This document shows, piece by piece, positions 1 through 10,481 of a stretch of 64,000 nucleotides of DNA. Position 1 is the first letter of the stretch. Each line of letters begins with the position of its first letter. The position numbers and the translations under genes were made by a program. Location: the NCBI GenBank assembly GCA_944349655.1, contig CALVNL010000001.1, positions 119,795 through 183,794 on the forward strand, in the 5' to 3' direction. The notes beneath the pieces are model-generated. The model ran no database searches. It was not told where the DNA came from and was given only the letters and a program-made list of their open reading frames with translations. This DNA is from an uncultured Clostridia bacterium. GTDB lineage: Bacteria > Bacillota > Clostridia > Christensenellales > DTU072.

Positions 1-256
1 GCTATACCGTATTCAATTCTTCTTTTGAAAGTCTGGGAATAAATCATACTTTACACCGTTTTCAAATCGCCTGCTATGTAGAAATTACCATGCTTATACC
101 TTCGAGAAGCGTAGTATGCGACGTAACCAACGAAATACTCGTTGCGGAGAACGTTATAGTAGGGGAAGTTCCCGAAACCTATCTCGGCGAAAATAGCACC
201 ACGGATTATCTCGATCTTATACCCGACTGACCCTTGTTCGGGTTTAATATTCGCCG

Positions 257-286
257 TTGACTCTGTATTAAAAATTATGTTAAAAT
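257..286 (+). promoter_or_regulatory. candidate sigma-A promoter for the MFS transporter gene
   Basis: TTGACT (257-262), 18-nt spacer ending in TGt, TAAAAT (281-286); GGGAG Shine-Dalgarno about 8 nt before the ATG at 308. Confidence 0.5.
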
Positions 287-307
287 AATTAAAACAGGGA
301 GCAAGGT

Positions 308-1786
308 ATGGAACAAAACAATAAACTTTCCCGAAAAACAGCTTTAGGCATTACTTTGTTCGGGATTTTCGGACAAATTGCCTGGTGTATCGAAAACAGT
401 TTTCTAAACTTATACGTTTACCGTACGGTCACGACGAAATTGTCGGTAGTCTCGGCAATGGTTGCCGCAAGCGCGGTGGTCGCTACTTTAACTACGATAA
501 TTATGGGCTGGGTTACGGATCGCGTCGGAAAACGCCGTCCTTTTATGGTATACGGATATATAATTTGGGGCGTATCGGTGATGATTTTCGCATTGTTTAC
601 TCCCGATAATATGCAGAACATTTTTCATACCGATCGCAATAAAGCCATAATTTTAGCTTCGGTCTTTATAGTAATAGCCGATTGCGTAATGACCTTTTTC
701 GGCTCCACCGCAAACGACGCCGCATTCAACGCCTGGGTGACCGACAACACCACCGTTTCCAACCGTGGGAAAACGGAAGCTTTTCTTTCTGTGCTTGCTT
801 CGGTAGCTTACGTTTTGGTTTTTGTTCCTTTCGAAGCTTTCGGTATAACCGCAAACAAATATTTCGACTCGGAAGGAAATCCCGTCGCGAGTATGACGGA
901 AGGCGGTAGCGTGGTAACGGGGAATTGGACGCTTTTTTATTGCTTGCTCGGAGGTTTGACGATATTAGCCGGTATAGTCGGAATTTTTCTTATAAAGGAT
1001 AACAAAAATCTTTTACCTAAAAAGGATTTGTCTTTTAAGGATTTATTTTACGGTTTCCGTCCTTCGGTAATAAAAAGAAACAAATATCTTTATTTGGTTC
1101 TGACGACTCTCGCCATCGGAGCGATTTCCTATAACTGTTTTTTCAATTACATTATCATTTATCTGCAAAACACCCTAAAATGCGACGAGTATGTCCCCGT
1201 CCTCGGATATCTCCTCCCTATGGGAATAATTTACGGCCTGAGCGCGATATCGGGAATAGTTGCCGGAATTCTCCTCGATAAAAGGAAAGATAAAGCCAAA
1301 TTTCTTATTCCCGGCATAATTCTGTCGGCGGTCGGAGCGTTAAGTATGTATTTCTTCAGTCCCGATTTTATGGAGATAGGCGGGACGATGCTGACTCTGT
1401 TTTGCGTGGGAGCTTTCGTTCAGGCTGTAGGCTATGCGATAATTTGCGTAGTATGTCTTGCGACTGTCAGAAATCTTACTCCCCCGGGAAAAGTAGGAAG
1501 ATTTCAGGGGATAAGAATGGTTTTTTACGTTATGCTCCCTATGTGTATTGGAAGTATTATCAGCGGTATCATATCTTCAAGCGACAAGTACATAACAGGT
1601 TACGACGAATACGGCCACGCCGTCTATACCTGTCCGCCTTTGATTTTCCTTTTAGCGGCGATAGTGGTGCTTTTGGCTTTTATAACGGCGATACCTTTAT
1701 TGAAAGCGTCTCCCGACAAACTTTCTAAACCTTCCGAAGAGGAGGAAAGCTCGCTTTCCGATAGATTAGATACTCCGTCAAAATAA
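308..1786 (+). CDS. MFS family transporter (12-TM type, substrate unknown)
   Basis: 492 aa, many hydrophobic segments; MFS motif-A-like TDRVGKRRPF after TM2; acidic/Ser-rich C-terminal tail. Confidence 0.8.
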   Translation: MEQNNKLSRKTALGITLFGIFGQIAWCIENSFLNLYVYRTVTTKLSVVSAMVAASAVVATLTTIIMGWVTDRVGKRRPFMVYGYIIWGVSVMIFALFTPDNMQNIFHTDRNKAIILASVFIVIADCVMTFFGSTANDAAFNAWVTDNTTVSNRGKTEAFLSVLASVAYVLVFVPFEAFGITANKYFDSEGNPVASMTEGGSVVTGNWTLFYCLLGGLTILAGIVGIFLIKDNKNLLPKKDLSFKDLFYGFRPSVIKRNKYLYLVLTTLAIGAISYNCFFNYIIIYLQNTLKCDEYVPVLGYLLPMGIIYGLSAISGIVAGILLDKRKDKAKFLIPGIILSAVGALSMYFFSPDFMEIGGTMLTLFCVGAFVQAVGYAIICVVCLATVRNLTPPGKVGRFQGIRMVFYVMLPMCIGSIISGIISSSDKYITGYDEYGHAVYTCPPLIFLLAAIVVLLAFITAIPLLKASPDKLSKPSEEEESSLSDRLDTPSK

Positions 1787-1869
1787 GAATTTAATAAAAT
1801 AAACTGCAATAATAATCTTATTTTTATCTTAATATTTATTTACGTCATATTATTCCGTTGCGGAAATTG

Positions 1870-1898
1870 TTGCGCGCATTATTTATAAGTGATATAAT
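1870..1898 (+). promoter_or_regulatory. candidate sigma-A promoter for pheST
   Basis: TTGCGC (1870-1875), 17-nt spacer, TATAAT (1893-1898); AGGAG SD before the ATG at 1934. Confidence 0.5.
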
Positions 1899-1933
1899 AT
1901 TATAAATTTTTATTTCAGGAGATTTTATTTTTT

Positions 1934-2953
1934 ATGCTGGACAAAATCAAATCCATTTCCGATTCCGTCAAAAAAATAATTTCCGAAGCGGACGGAAGCG
2001 GGGTATTGAACGATATGCGTGTAAAATACCTCGGTAAAAACGGCGAAATTACCGCCTTGCTCAAAAATCTTAAGAACTGTTCCCCCGAAGAAAAACCTTT
2101 CATCGGCAAACATATCAATATTTTACGCGAACAAGTAGAGAAGCTTCTTGCAGAACGGGAAAAAACTCTTGCCGAAATCGAACTCAACAAAAAAATCGAA
2201 AGCGAGAAAATCGACGTTACGCTTTCTCTTAATTATCCGAAAAAAGGCGGATTGCATCCGTTGACGCTTGCCAGGAACGAACTGGTTGACGCTTTTGTGG
2301 GAATGGGGTTCGAGGTCAAGGAAGGACCGGAAATCGAACTCGATTTCTATAATTTCCAACAGCTCAACATACCTAAGGACCACCCGTCGAGAGATGCGCA
2401 AGACACTTTTTATATAAACGACAATATTTTGCTCAGAACCCAGACCTCGGCAGTTCAGGCACGTACTATGGAAAGCGAAAAACCGCCTATAAGAATAGTT
2501 TGTCCCGGTAAGGTTTACCGTCTTGACGACGACGCCACACATTCTCCGATGTTCCAGCAGATCGAGGGACTTGTAGTGGATAAAAATATAAATTTATGCG
2601 ACCTTAAAGGAACTTTGGACGAGTTTGCCAGAAAGTTTTTCGGCGAAGACACCAAGACCCGTTTCCGTCCGTCTTATTTTCCGTTTACCGAACCCAGCGT
2701 CGAATTGGACGTCAGTTGTTTTATGTGTCACGGGAAAGGCTGCCGTCTTTGCAAAGGAACGGGTTGGATAGAAGTCCTCGGCGCAGGCGTAGTCAACCCC
2801 GTTGTTTTGAAAAACTGCGGCATAGATCCCGAAATTTATTCCGGTTTTGCTTTCGGGATAGGTATCGAAAGATGCGCAATGCTCAAATACGGTATTCCCG
2901 ATATGAGAATTCTTTTCGAAAACGATATCCGTTTTTTGTCGCAGTATAAATAG
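1934..2953 (+). CDS. pheS: phenylalanine--tRNA ligase alpha subunit
   Basis: 339 aa; class II aaRS core ([26 protein letters not shown]); followed by pheT. Confidence 0.95.
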   Translation: MLDKIKSISDSVKKIISEADGSGVLNDMRVKYLGKNGEITALLKNLKNCSPEEKPFIGKHINILREQVEKLLAEREKTLAEIELNKKIESEKIDVTLSLNYPKKGGLHPLTLARNELVDAFVGMGFEVKEGPEIELDFYNFQQLNIPKDHPSRDAQDTFYINDNILLRTQTSAVQARTMESEKPPIRIVCPGKVYRLDDDATHSPMFQQIEGLVVDKNINLCDLKGTLDEFARKFFGEDTKTRFRPSYFPFTEPSVELDVSCFMCHGKGCRLCKGTGWIEVLGAGVVNPVVLKNCGIDPEIYSGFAFGIGIERCAMLKYGIPDMRILFENDIRFLSQYK

Positions 2954-2962
2954 GAGGTTGAA

Positions 2963-5341
2963 ATGAAAGTACCTTACAGTTGGTTAAAAGAATTTGTGGA
3001 CATAGATATAACGCCTGCGGAATTGGGCGACAAACTGGTTTCCGTCGGTTTCGAGATCGAAGAGGTTATCGAAATGCGCGATTCGATAAAAAACGTAGTC
3101 GCAGGGAAAATACTGTCGGTTGAAAAACATCCCGACAGCGACCATCTTTTGGTTTGTTCGGTAGATGTAGGAACGGGAAAAGTTCAGATAGTGACAGGCG
3201 CGCAAAACGTAAAGACGGGCGACGTCGTTCCCGTAGCTTTGGACGGAGCGGTACTGCCCGACGGTAAAAAAATAAATTCCGGAGCGTTAAGAGGCGTAAA
3301 GAGCGAAGGAATGATGTGTTCGGGAGGAGAACTTGCTTTAACCGAATCGGATTATCCCGGTGCAGGAGTGTACGGAATACTTATTTTGGACGCAAAAACT
3401 CAGCCCGGTACCGATATCAACGAAGTTATCGGCAACACCGAAACCGTACTGGACGTCGCCATCACGGCAAACCGTCCCGACTGCAACAGTATTTTGGGAA
3501 TTGCCCGCGAAGTGGCTGCCGTTACAGGTAAAAAACTCAGAATGCCGAATTTATCCTACACAGTAAGCGATTATAAAACCAAGGATTTTATTTCGGTAGA
3601 AAACCGCAATTTCGAGCTTTGTCCGAGATATATGGCCGGTGCCGTAACCGAAGTGACGGAATGCGAGTCTCCGAAAATAATACGCGACAGACTTAAAGCG
3701 GTAGGTATCAGACCCATCAACAATCTGGTGGACGTTACCAACTATGTGCTTACCGAAATAGGTCAACCGATGCACGCATTCGATCTTAAAAATCTTGCAG
3801 GCGGAAAAATAGTGGTCAGAAATGCCGCCGAAGGCGAAAAAATAACCGCTCTCGACGGGAAGGAATACTCTTTGAAAGTATCGCAACTCGCCATATGCGA
3901 CGCCGAAAAACCCGTTGCCATTGCAGGCGTAATGGGCGGAATGTACGCTTCCATAGGAAACGATACCGAAACGGTAATACTGGAAAGCGCGAGATTTGCC
4001 CGAGACAGTATCCGTCATACTTCCCGTGAACTCAATCTTCGTTCCGATTCTTCGGCAAGGTACGAAAAGGGTATAGATTTTTATTCTCAGGAATTAGGTC
4101 TTAAGCGTGCTCTTTCTTTATTTTCCGAATACGGTTGGGGAAAAATCGCCGAAGGATTTATTGACGCAAATATGGGTTGCACTTCGGAAAAAACCCTTGT
4201 TTACGATTATAAAGCCGTAAATTCGATTATCGGTATCGACGTGGAAAAAGAACGCATTATAAGGATATTGAACAATCTCGAACTTTCGACCACTGCCGAG
4301 GGCGACGTTTTGACGACTTTCGTTCCCGACTATCGCGAGGATATAGAAGGAGTAAACGATATAGCCGAAGAAGTCGTACGTTTTTACGGTTACGACGAAC
4401 TCGCTCCCAGGCTTATCAGCACCAAAAGAGGCGGAAAGTCTCCCGAGCAGCTCCGTTTCGATAAACTTAAAAATATGTTGGTCGGTTACGGCGCATACGA
4501 AACGGTCAGCTATTCGTTTATTTCCCCGAAAGCTTTCGATATGCTCTTGATGAAAGAAAACGATCCTTTAAGGAAAGCCGTGGAAATAAGCAATCCCTTA
4601 GGAGCGGATTTCAGTATTATGAGAACCACTCTGTCTTACAGTATGTTGAAAATAATCAATACCAACTATAAAAGAGGGAATAAAGAAGGGAGATTCTTCG
4701 AAATAGCGAACGTCTATCTGCCCGAAAGTTTACCTCTTGAAAAATTACCTGAAGAAAAGCAGCATATAGTAATCGCTTTTTACGGAGAAAACGAAGGTTT
4801 CTATAAACTGAAAGGGGTTTTGGAAGATATAAGCGAAACTTTTGCGTTGAATTTCGAATTCAAAAGAGAAGAAATAAGCTATTTGCATCCGGGCAGAACG
4901 GCTTCGGTGTATTCAGACGGTAAAAAAATCGGATACGTCGGAGAAGTTCATCCCTTGGTACAGGATACTTTTGAAATTGACAAGAGAATTTACTTAGCCG
5001 AACTCGACGCCGATTATATTTTTGAAAAAGGAATAGATATCAAACCTTACAAAGCTTTTTCCAAATATCAGGCGGTGGAAAGAGATCTGGCGTTACTTGC
5101 GCCTATCGACGAGGAAGCTGCAAAAATATTGGGCGTAATTTCTTCTGCCGCAGGAAATATTCTGGAAAAAATGGAAATATTCGACGTTTACGTCGGAGGT
5201 CAGGTTCCCAAGGGCAAAAAGAGCGTCGCCGTAAAACTTTTGTTCAGACTGCACGACGGTACCTTGACGGACAGCGAGATAAACGCTCGCATAGAGAAAA
5301 TCCTCGAAGCGTTGAAATCGGAAAATGTCTTTTTACGGTAA
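2963..5341 (+). CDS. pheT: phenylalanine--tRNA ligase beta subunit
   Basis: 792 aa; N-terminal MKVPYSWLKEFV, tRNA-binding, B3/4, B5 and FDX-ACB-like C-terminus; GGAGG SD. Confidence 0.95.
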   Translation: MKVPYSWLKEFVDIDITPAELGDKLVSVGFEIEEVIEMRDSIKNVVAGKILSVEKHPDSDHLLVCSVDVGTGKVQIVTGAQNVKTGDVVPVALDGAVLPDGKKINSGALRGVKSEGMMCSGGELALTESDYPGAGVYGILILDAKTQPGTDINEVIGNTETVLDVAITANRPDCNSILGIAREVAAVTGKKLRMPNLSYTVSDYKTKDFISVENRNFELCPRYMAGAVTEVTECESPKIIRDRLKAVGIRPINNLVDVTNYVLTEIGQPMHAFDLKNLAGGKIVVRNAAEGEKITALDGKEYSLKVSQLAICDAEKPVAIAGVMGGMYASIGNDTETVILESARFARDSIRHTSRELNLRSDSSARYEKGIDFYSQELGLKRALSLFSEYGWGKIAEGFIDANMGCTSEKTLVYDYKAVNSIIGIDVEKERIIRILNNLELSTTAEGDVLTTFVPDYREDIEGVNDIAEEVVRFYGYDELAPRLISTKRGGKSPEQLRFDKLKNMLVGYGAYETVSYSFISPKAFDMLLMKENDPLRKAVEISNPLGADFSIMRTTLSYSMLKIINTNYKRGNKEGRFFEIANVYLPESLPLEKLPEEKQHIVIAFYGENEGFYKLKGVLEDISETFALNFEFKREEISYLHPGRTASVYSDGKKIGYVGEVHPLVQDTFEIDKRIYLAELDADYIFEKGIDIKPYKAFSKYQAVERDLALLAPIDEEAAKILGVISSAAGNILEKMEIFDVYVGGQVPKGKKSVAVKLLFRLHDGTLTDSEINARIEKILEALKSENVFLR

Positions 5342-7673
5342 GCTCCCCGAGGTTATCTATATAGACGAGTATAAATGTCCTTTTAACAAGGATATGCCTT
5401 ACAGCGTCTGGCGTTACTACGGAAACAGAGCTTTCGAGTACTTTCCGATCTACCGCCTGGAAATTCTTGCGCCCGTAAACTTAAGTACTTACAAAGCCGC
5501 GATACGCAGCGGAGCCGACGCCGTTTATTTCGGCTACGGTACTCTTAACGCAAGGGCGGGCGCCGAAAATTTTTCCGATCTCAAACAAATCGTTTCCTAT
5601 TGCCATATACACGGAGTAAAAGCATATCTTGCGCTCAACGTTATGATCAAGGAAAGGGAACTGGAGGAAGCTAAGCTTATAGTTAAACAAGCGGAAGAAG
5701 CAAAGATAGACGCTTTTATCATAAGCGATTTTGCCTTGCTTCCCATAATCAGAAGATACTCTTCCGCAAGAGTACATCTCAGCACCCAGGCGGGAATTCA
5801 TAACGTTTACGGTGCGGAATTTGCGTTAAAATGCGGTTTTGACAGAATAATTCTAAGTCGCGAAGCGTCCCTTGCAGATATTAAAGAAATTCTGGAAAAA
5901 GTCGATATCGAAGTGGAAGTTTTCGGTCACGGTGCGCTGTGTTCCGGTTTTTCGGGCGCTTGTCTGTTTTCATCCATGCTTACGGGAAAAAGCGGAAATA
6001 GAGGTCGCTGTCTGCAGTTTTGTCGCAGAAACTTCACTTCTTTTATAAACGGCAAAAAAGCTAAAGTCGGATATCTCTTAAGCGCAAAAGATATTTGCAC
6101 TGCCGATAACATCGGTGTTTTGCAAAATCTCGGAGTTACGAGTCTTAAAATCGAAGGCAGATTGAAAAGCGAAGACTACGTTGACGGTGTAACCAGCGTT
6201 TACCGTATGGTAAGGGACGGAATGGAATTTACCGAAGAAATGTCAGACGCATTGAAAGCGCTCTTCAACAGGGGTAATTTTACTTTGCCTTATTGGTATT
6301 CCGCCGATAATATTATTTATACCAAAAAACCTAATCACATAGGACTAAAAGTCGGTAAAGTTTTTTCCGTTATTACCAAAAATCTCGTTCTCGTCGAAAG
6401 CGACAAGAAGATAGGTAAAGGGGATTGCTTCAAAGTAATGCGCGGCGAAACCGAAATCGGCGGACTGGAAGCTACGGGCGAGAAGCGGAAAATAGACGAC
6501 AGGACTTATTACGTCTGTTATTCGCGTTGCGCTGCGTGCAGAGGCGACGAAATTTTCCTCACTAAATCCTGCGCCGTACTGGAAGAAGACAAAAAAGCAA
6601 TAATGCAGATATGCGTAAGAATAGTCGGCGGCGAACCTATAAAAGTTTACGCTACTTGCCGAGGAAAACTTGTGGAATATACAGGTGAAATTGCGCTCAA
6701 AGCCGTAAGTATGCCTTTGAGTGCAGCCGATATAAAAAATCAATTTTCCAAAACAGGGGAAACCGAGTTCGATTTTCTGTTCTGCTCTGTACAGACCGAT
6801 AACGCATTCCTGACTAAAAAACGTCTTAACGAATTAAGACGGGAAATAATTTCCTTAATGGAAGAAAAACTCGTCAACGAATACGTAAGACCTGAAAGCA
6901 AAACTTACTCATATCCGAAGGAACAACCTAAAATCAACGGTAATTTCGCTTCCTTCGACGACGTGAACATCGGTAAGAAACTAAAGAAAAAATTCCGAAA
7001 TATTGTGTTTTCTCCGCAAAATTTCGACATAATCGATTTTAACGCGGCTTACCGCGACTTAAAGACCGCCGATAATAACGTCTTTATCAAGTTCCCGATT
7101 TTTATTCCTGCAAAGGCGACGGAAAAAGTCGAAAGCATACTCGGTATTTTTGACGGAGTAATAGCCGATAATCCGGGAATTTTCTATCTCGGTAAAAAAC
7201 TCGGCAAATTAACCGTCGCAGGGTGGACTCTGAATATAGCGAATACGAAAAATCTTCTTTTGAAAACGGCGGATCAGGTTATAGTTTCGGCTGAACTCAA
7301 TTACGGAGAACTTAAAAAGTTCAAAGGACTGACCGTTTACGCCTACGGACGGATACCGTTAATGTATCTAAATCATTGCCCGAGAAAGGTGAGCGGAATA
7401 TCCTGCAAAGATTGCTCGACGGTTAAAACCATAGTTTACAGGGACGAAAAAGGAGAATATCCTATCCGAAAGAAAACCGTAGCAAATTATTGCCAGCACG
7501 AACTTCTTAATTCCGAAATAACCGATATTATCGGTAAAATCGAAGGAATGAATTTATATTACGATTTTTGCGATTGCAATTACAATCAGATAGAAAAAAT
7601 ACTCGGAGAGCGTACCGAGGGTCTGAACGGAGGTAACTATAACAGGTTACATCTTTCGCGAGGGGTGGAATAA
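5325..7673 (+). CDS. peptidase U32 family protein (long form with C-terminal extension)
   Basis: 782 aa; LEILAPVN...GADAVYFG start of the U32 fold, Cys-rich GHGALC...CLQFCRR segment; start uncertain (5325 overlaps pheT by 17 nt; alternative ATG at 5394). Confidence 0.8.
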   Translation: MSFYGKLPEVIYIDEYKCPFNKDMPYSVWRYYGNRAFEYFPIYRLEILAPVNLSTYKAAIRSGADAVYFGYGTLNARAGAENFSDLKQIVSYCHIHGVKAYLALNVMIKERELEEAKLIVKQAEEAKIDAFIISDFALLPIIRRYSSARVHLSTQAGIHNVYGAEFALKCGFDRIILSREASLADIKEILEKVDIEVEVFGHGALCSGFSGACLFSSMLTGKSGNRGRCLQFCRRNFTSFINGKKAKVGYLLSAKDICTADNIGVLQNLGVTSLKIEGRLKSEDYVDGVTSVYRMVRDGMEFTEEMSDALKALFNRGNFTLPYWYSADNIIYTKKPNHIGLKVGKVFSVITKNLVLVESDKKIGKGDCFKVMRGETEIGGLEATGEKRKIDDRTYYVCYSRCAACRGDEIFLTKSCAVLEEDKKAIMQICVRIVGGEPIKVYATCRGKLVEYTGEIALKAVSMPLSAADIKNQFSKTGETEFDFLFCSVQTDNAFLTKKRLNELRREIISLMEEKLVNEYVRPESKTYSYPKEQPKINGNFASFDDVNIGKKLKKKFRNIVFSPQNFDIIDFNAAYRDLKTADNNVFIKFPIFIPAKATEKVESILGIFDGVIADNPGIFYLGKKLGKLTVAGWTLNIANTKNLLLKTADQVIVSAELNYGELKKFKGLTVYAYGRIPLMYLNHCPRKVSGISCKDCSTVKTIVYRDEKGEYPIRKKTVANYCQHELLNSEITDIIGKIEGMNLYYDFCDCNYNQIEKILGERTEGLNGGNYNRLHLSRGVE

Positions 7674-10027
7674 TGAACGACAGAACTTTAAGAACGTTGG
7701 AATACGGTAAAATACTCGAAAAAGTAGCCTTTTTAGCTTATACCGAAAAGGCAAAAAAAGATATCCTCGAATTGAAACCTTTTAGCGACGCGGAAAAAGT
7801 TAAAACGATGCTGGACGAAACCGAGGAAGCGGATCTCGTTTTGTTCGAACACGCAGTAAACCCGGCTATGAATTTCGACGACGTAACCGTCCCGTTGGAG
7901 AGAGCGGAAGTTCTGAGTATGCTTTCAATGGGGGAAGTTCTGAAGATAGAAAGAGTTTTAAGGGTTTCCAGAACTTTAAGAGGGCAGATTTTGAACTTGC
8001 CCGATGACAGAATCAAACTCTTGAAAGAAAAGGCCAACCTTATTTTTGTCGATAAAAAACTGGAAGACGACATTTCTTCGGCTATACTTTCCGATACCGA
8101 GATGAGCGACAAAGCTTCCCCTGAATTATACTCTATACGCTCCAAAATAAAAAAAATCAGCGAAAACATCAAAGCCAAACTCTATAATTACGTCAACGGT
8201 CCGACTTACTCCAAGTATATGCAGGACAACATCATTACCGTCAGAAACGACAGATACGTCGTGCCGCTCAAAGCCGAATACAAAGGGGTAATCCCGGGAC
8301 TTATCCACGATCAAAGTTCCTCCGGAGCCACTCTTTACGTCGAACCTATGGCGATCGTGGAATTGAATAACGACCTTAAAACTTGTTATCTGGAAGAAAA
8401 CGCCGAAATCGAACGTATCCTTCGGGCATTTACCGTACGCATCGGAAGCGAAGCGGGATTGATAAGATATACCTTCGAAGTTATTACCGAGTTAGACGTT
8501 ATTTTTGCAAAAGCAAGATACGCCAATGTCGTCAAAGGGATAAAACCCGTAATTACCGAAGAAAAAATATTGGATATTCAAGGCGGCCGTCATCCGCTTA
8601 TAGCTGCCGATAAAGTTGTGCCCAACGATATAAGGATAGGCGACGATTTCGGTATTTTACTGATAACGGGACCGAATACCGGCGGAAAAACCGTTTGTCT
8701 CAAACTTGCAGGACTCCTTACCTTAATGGGAATGAGCGGTTTATTCGTTCCTGCAAGATATGCAAAAATTCCTTGCTTTCCTAAAATTTATTGCGATATA
8801 GGGGACGAACAGAGTATAGAACAGAATTTATCCACCTTTTCTTCTCATATGAGTAACGTAGTAGGAATAATCGATCAAGCCGATTCCGATACCTTGGTTT
8901 TACTTGACGAACTCGGCTCAGGAACCGATCCTACGGAGGGAGCTTTGCTTGCGCTGAATATTACTTCTTATCTTAAGCAAATCAACGCAAAAGCCATCAT
9001 AACCACGCATTATAACGAATTAAAAGAATATGCGGTTACCACGGAGGGCGTTCAGAACGCCTCTATGGACTTCAATCCGAATACGTATTCTCCCACATAT
9101 AAATTGATAATAGGCTTACCGGGAGCGTCCAACGCACTGCTGATAGCCGAAAAGCTCGGATTGAAAAAAGAAATTGTGGAAAAGGCAAAACTCGGTATCG
9201 GTAGCGGCAGAACTCAATTCGAAAACGTACTTAAGTCGTTGGAAAAAGCCCGTCGCGAAACCGAAGAAAATCTTGCAATAAGCGAGAAAATGAAAAAAGA
9301 AGCGGCGGAAGAACTCAAAAACGCCGAAAAAGAACGGGAAAAACTTTTTGCTCAAAGGGAAAGACTCAACGTATCGGTAAAGAAAGAAACGAAACGTCTT
9401 GTCGAAGAAGCGATGGAAGAAGCGAACGAAATCATAACCGAACTCAGGAACCTTTTGGACGATCCCGACGAAGGTGCTGTTTTCCGCGCTCAGAAGCTCA
9501 GAAAATCCTTAAAAAAATATATAATCAACGAAGAAAACGAATTTAAAGGATTTGCCGAAGAAATCGACGGCGATATCGTCGTGGGCGACAAGGTTTTGGT
9601 AAAAGAACTTAATTCCGAAGGTGAAGTCATAAAACTCAATCCCGTTAAAGGCGAGGCAAAAGTCAAACTCGGCAAAATCGAAACCAACGTTAAAATATCC
9701 AATTTGCAAAGACTTAAGAAAACCGCCGCCAAAAAGGAAATTAAAGAACGACCGCAATCCAGAGCCGTATTATATAACGAACAGGTTTCCCCGGAAATCA
9801 ATCTTATCGGGAAAAACAGCGAGGAGGCTATTTATTTACTCGAGGAATATATAGACAAGTGCCTGAGGGTACAATTGCACGAAATAAGGATAATACACGG
9901 TTACGGAGAAGGAATATTGCGTAAAGCGGTACAAAACTATCTTAAAACCCGTAAAGAAATCGCGTCTTTCCGTAACGGCGAATTCAATGAAGGCGGGAAA
10001 GGGGTTACTTTTGCAATATTTAAGTGA
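7673..10027 (+). CDS. mutS2: endonuclease MutS2
   Basis: 784 aa; Walker A GPNTGGKT, MutS domain V, coiled-coil Lys/Glu linker, C-terminal Smr domain (IIHGYGEGILRKAV); TAATG overlap with the upstream stop. Confidence 0.93.
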   Translation: MNDRTLRTLEYGKILEKVAFLAYTEKAKKDILELKPFSDAEKVKTMLDETEEADLVLFEHAVNPAMNFDDVTVPLERAEVLSMLSMGEVLKIERVLRVSRTLRGQILNLPDDRIKLLKEKANLIFVDKKLEDDISSAILSDTEMSDKASPELYSIRSKIKKISENIKAKLYNYVNGPTYSKYMQDNIITVRNDRYVVPLKAEYKGVIPGLIHDQSSSGATLYVEPMAIVELNNDLKTCYLEENAEIERILRAFTVRIGSEAGLIRYTFEVITELDVIFAKARYANVVKGIKPVITEEKILDIQGGRHPLIAADKVVPNDIRIGDDFGILLITGPNTGGKTVCLKLAGLLTLMGMSGLFVPARYAKIPCFPKIYCDIGDEQSIEQNLSTFSSHMSNVVGIIDQADSDTLVLLDELGSGTDPTEGALLALNITSYLKQINAKAIITTHYNELKEYAVTTEGVQNASMDFNPNTYSPTYKLIIGLPGASNALLIAEKLGLKKEIVEKAKLGIGSGRTQFENVLKSLEKARRETEENLAISEKMKKEAAEELKNAEKEREKLFAQRERLNVSVKKETKRLVEEAMEEANEIITELRNLLDDPDEGAVFRAQKLRKSLKKYIINEENEFKGFAEEIDGDIVVGDKVLVKELNSEGEVIKLNPVKGEAKVKLGKIETNVKISNLQRLKKTAAKKEIKERPQSRAVLYNEQVSPEINLIGKNSEEAIYLLEEYIDKCLRVQLHEIRIIHGYGEGILRKAVQNYLKTRKEIASFRNGEFNEGGKGVTFAIFK

Positions 10028-10481
10028 ATACCGATTGGAATCGGCTGTAAATAAACACGCTAAAAAATACTCCGTGCTGGAAGCTGCTTCCTTAACTTTG
10101 AAGATAGCCGCTTTATTGCTTTTAATTATCTTTTTCAGATATTTTTATATTGCAATTGCGGTCTGGATATTGTCGGTAGCGGTAAACTTTTTCAAAAGGA
10201 ACCTTGTTTACCGTTACGTTTATGTAATAGGAAACGGCAAAATAAAGGTTTTTAAGGAATATAACTTGGAAAAACACGAATTATGCGTAGAAACGGATAT
10301 AGCAACGGAAATAACAGATTTCGGCTTTTACGAGCCGCAAGGCGACTTATATTACGGCGAGAACGACGGAAACGTCTTCGTCGTAAAATGTGCGGACAAA
10401 ACTTATTCTATAGTTGCTGATACGTATTTTTACGCTCTTACAGACTACTACAAGAGAGGTAATAATGATTTTTCTCGATAA
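9987..10481 (+). CDS. hypothetical membrane protein (2 predicted TM helices plus a soluble C-terminal domain)
   Basis: 164-aa ORF filling the mutS2-nifS gap; hydrophobic stretch LKIAALLLLIIFFRYFYIAIAVWILSVAVNFF; no recognisable motif; start uncertain. Confidence 0.4.
   Translation: MKAGKGLLLQYLSEYRLESAVNKHAKKYSVLEAASLTLKIAALLLLIIFFRYFYIAIAVWILSVAVNFFKRNLVYRYVYVIGNGKIKVFKEYNLEKHELCVETDIATEITDFGFYEPQGDLYYGENDGNVFVVKCADKTYSIVADTYFYALTDYYKRGNNDFSR

Noticed and set aside
1-240. Open reading frame on the minus strand (…GYKIEIIRGAIFAEIGFGNFPYYNVLRNEYFVGYVAYY…KTV*)
   Set aside because: The translation looks protein-like, but the frame has no ATG/GTG/TTG start before it runs into the MFS gene promoter and start region. 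It is also absent from the ORF track. I cannot support it as a gene; it may be a remnant.
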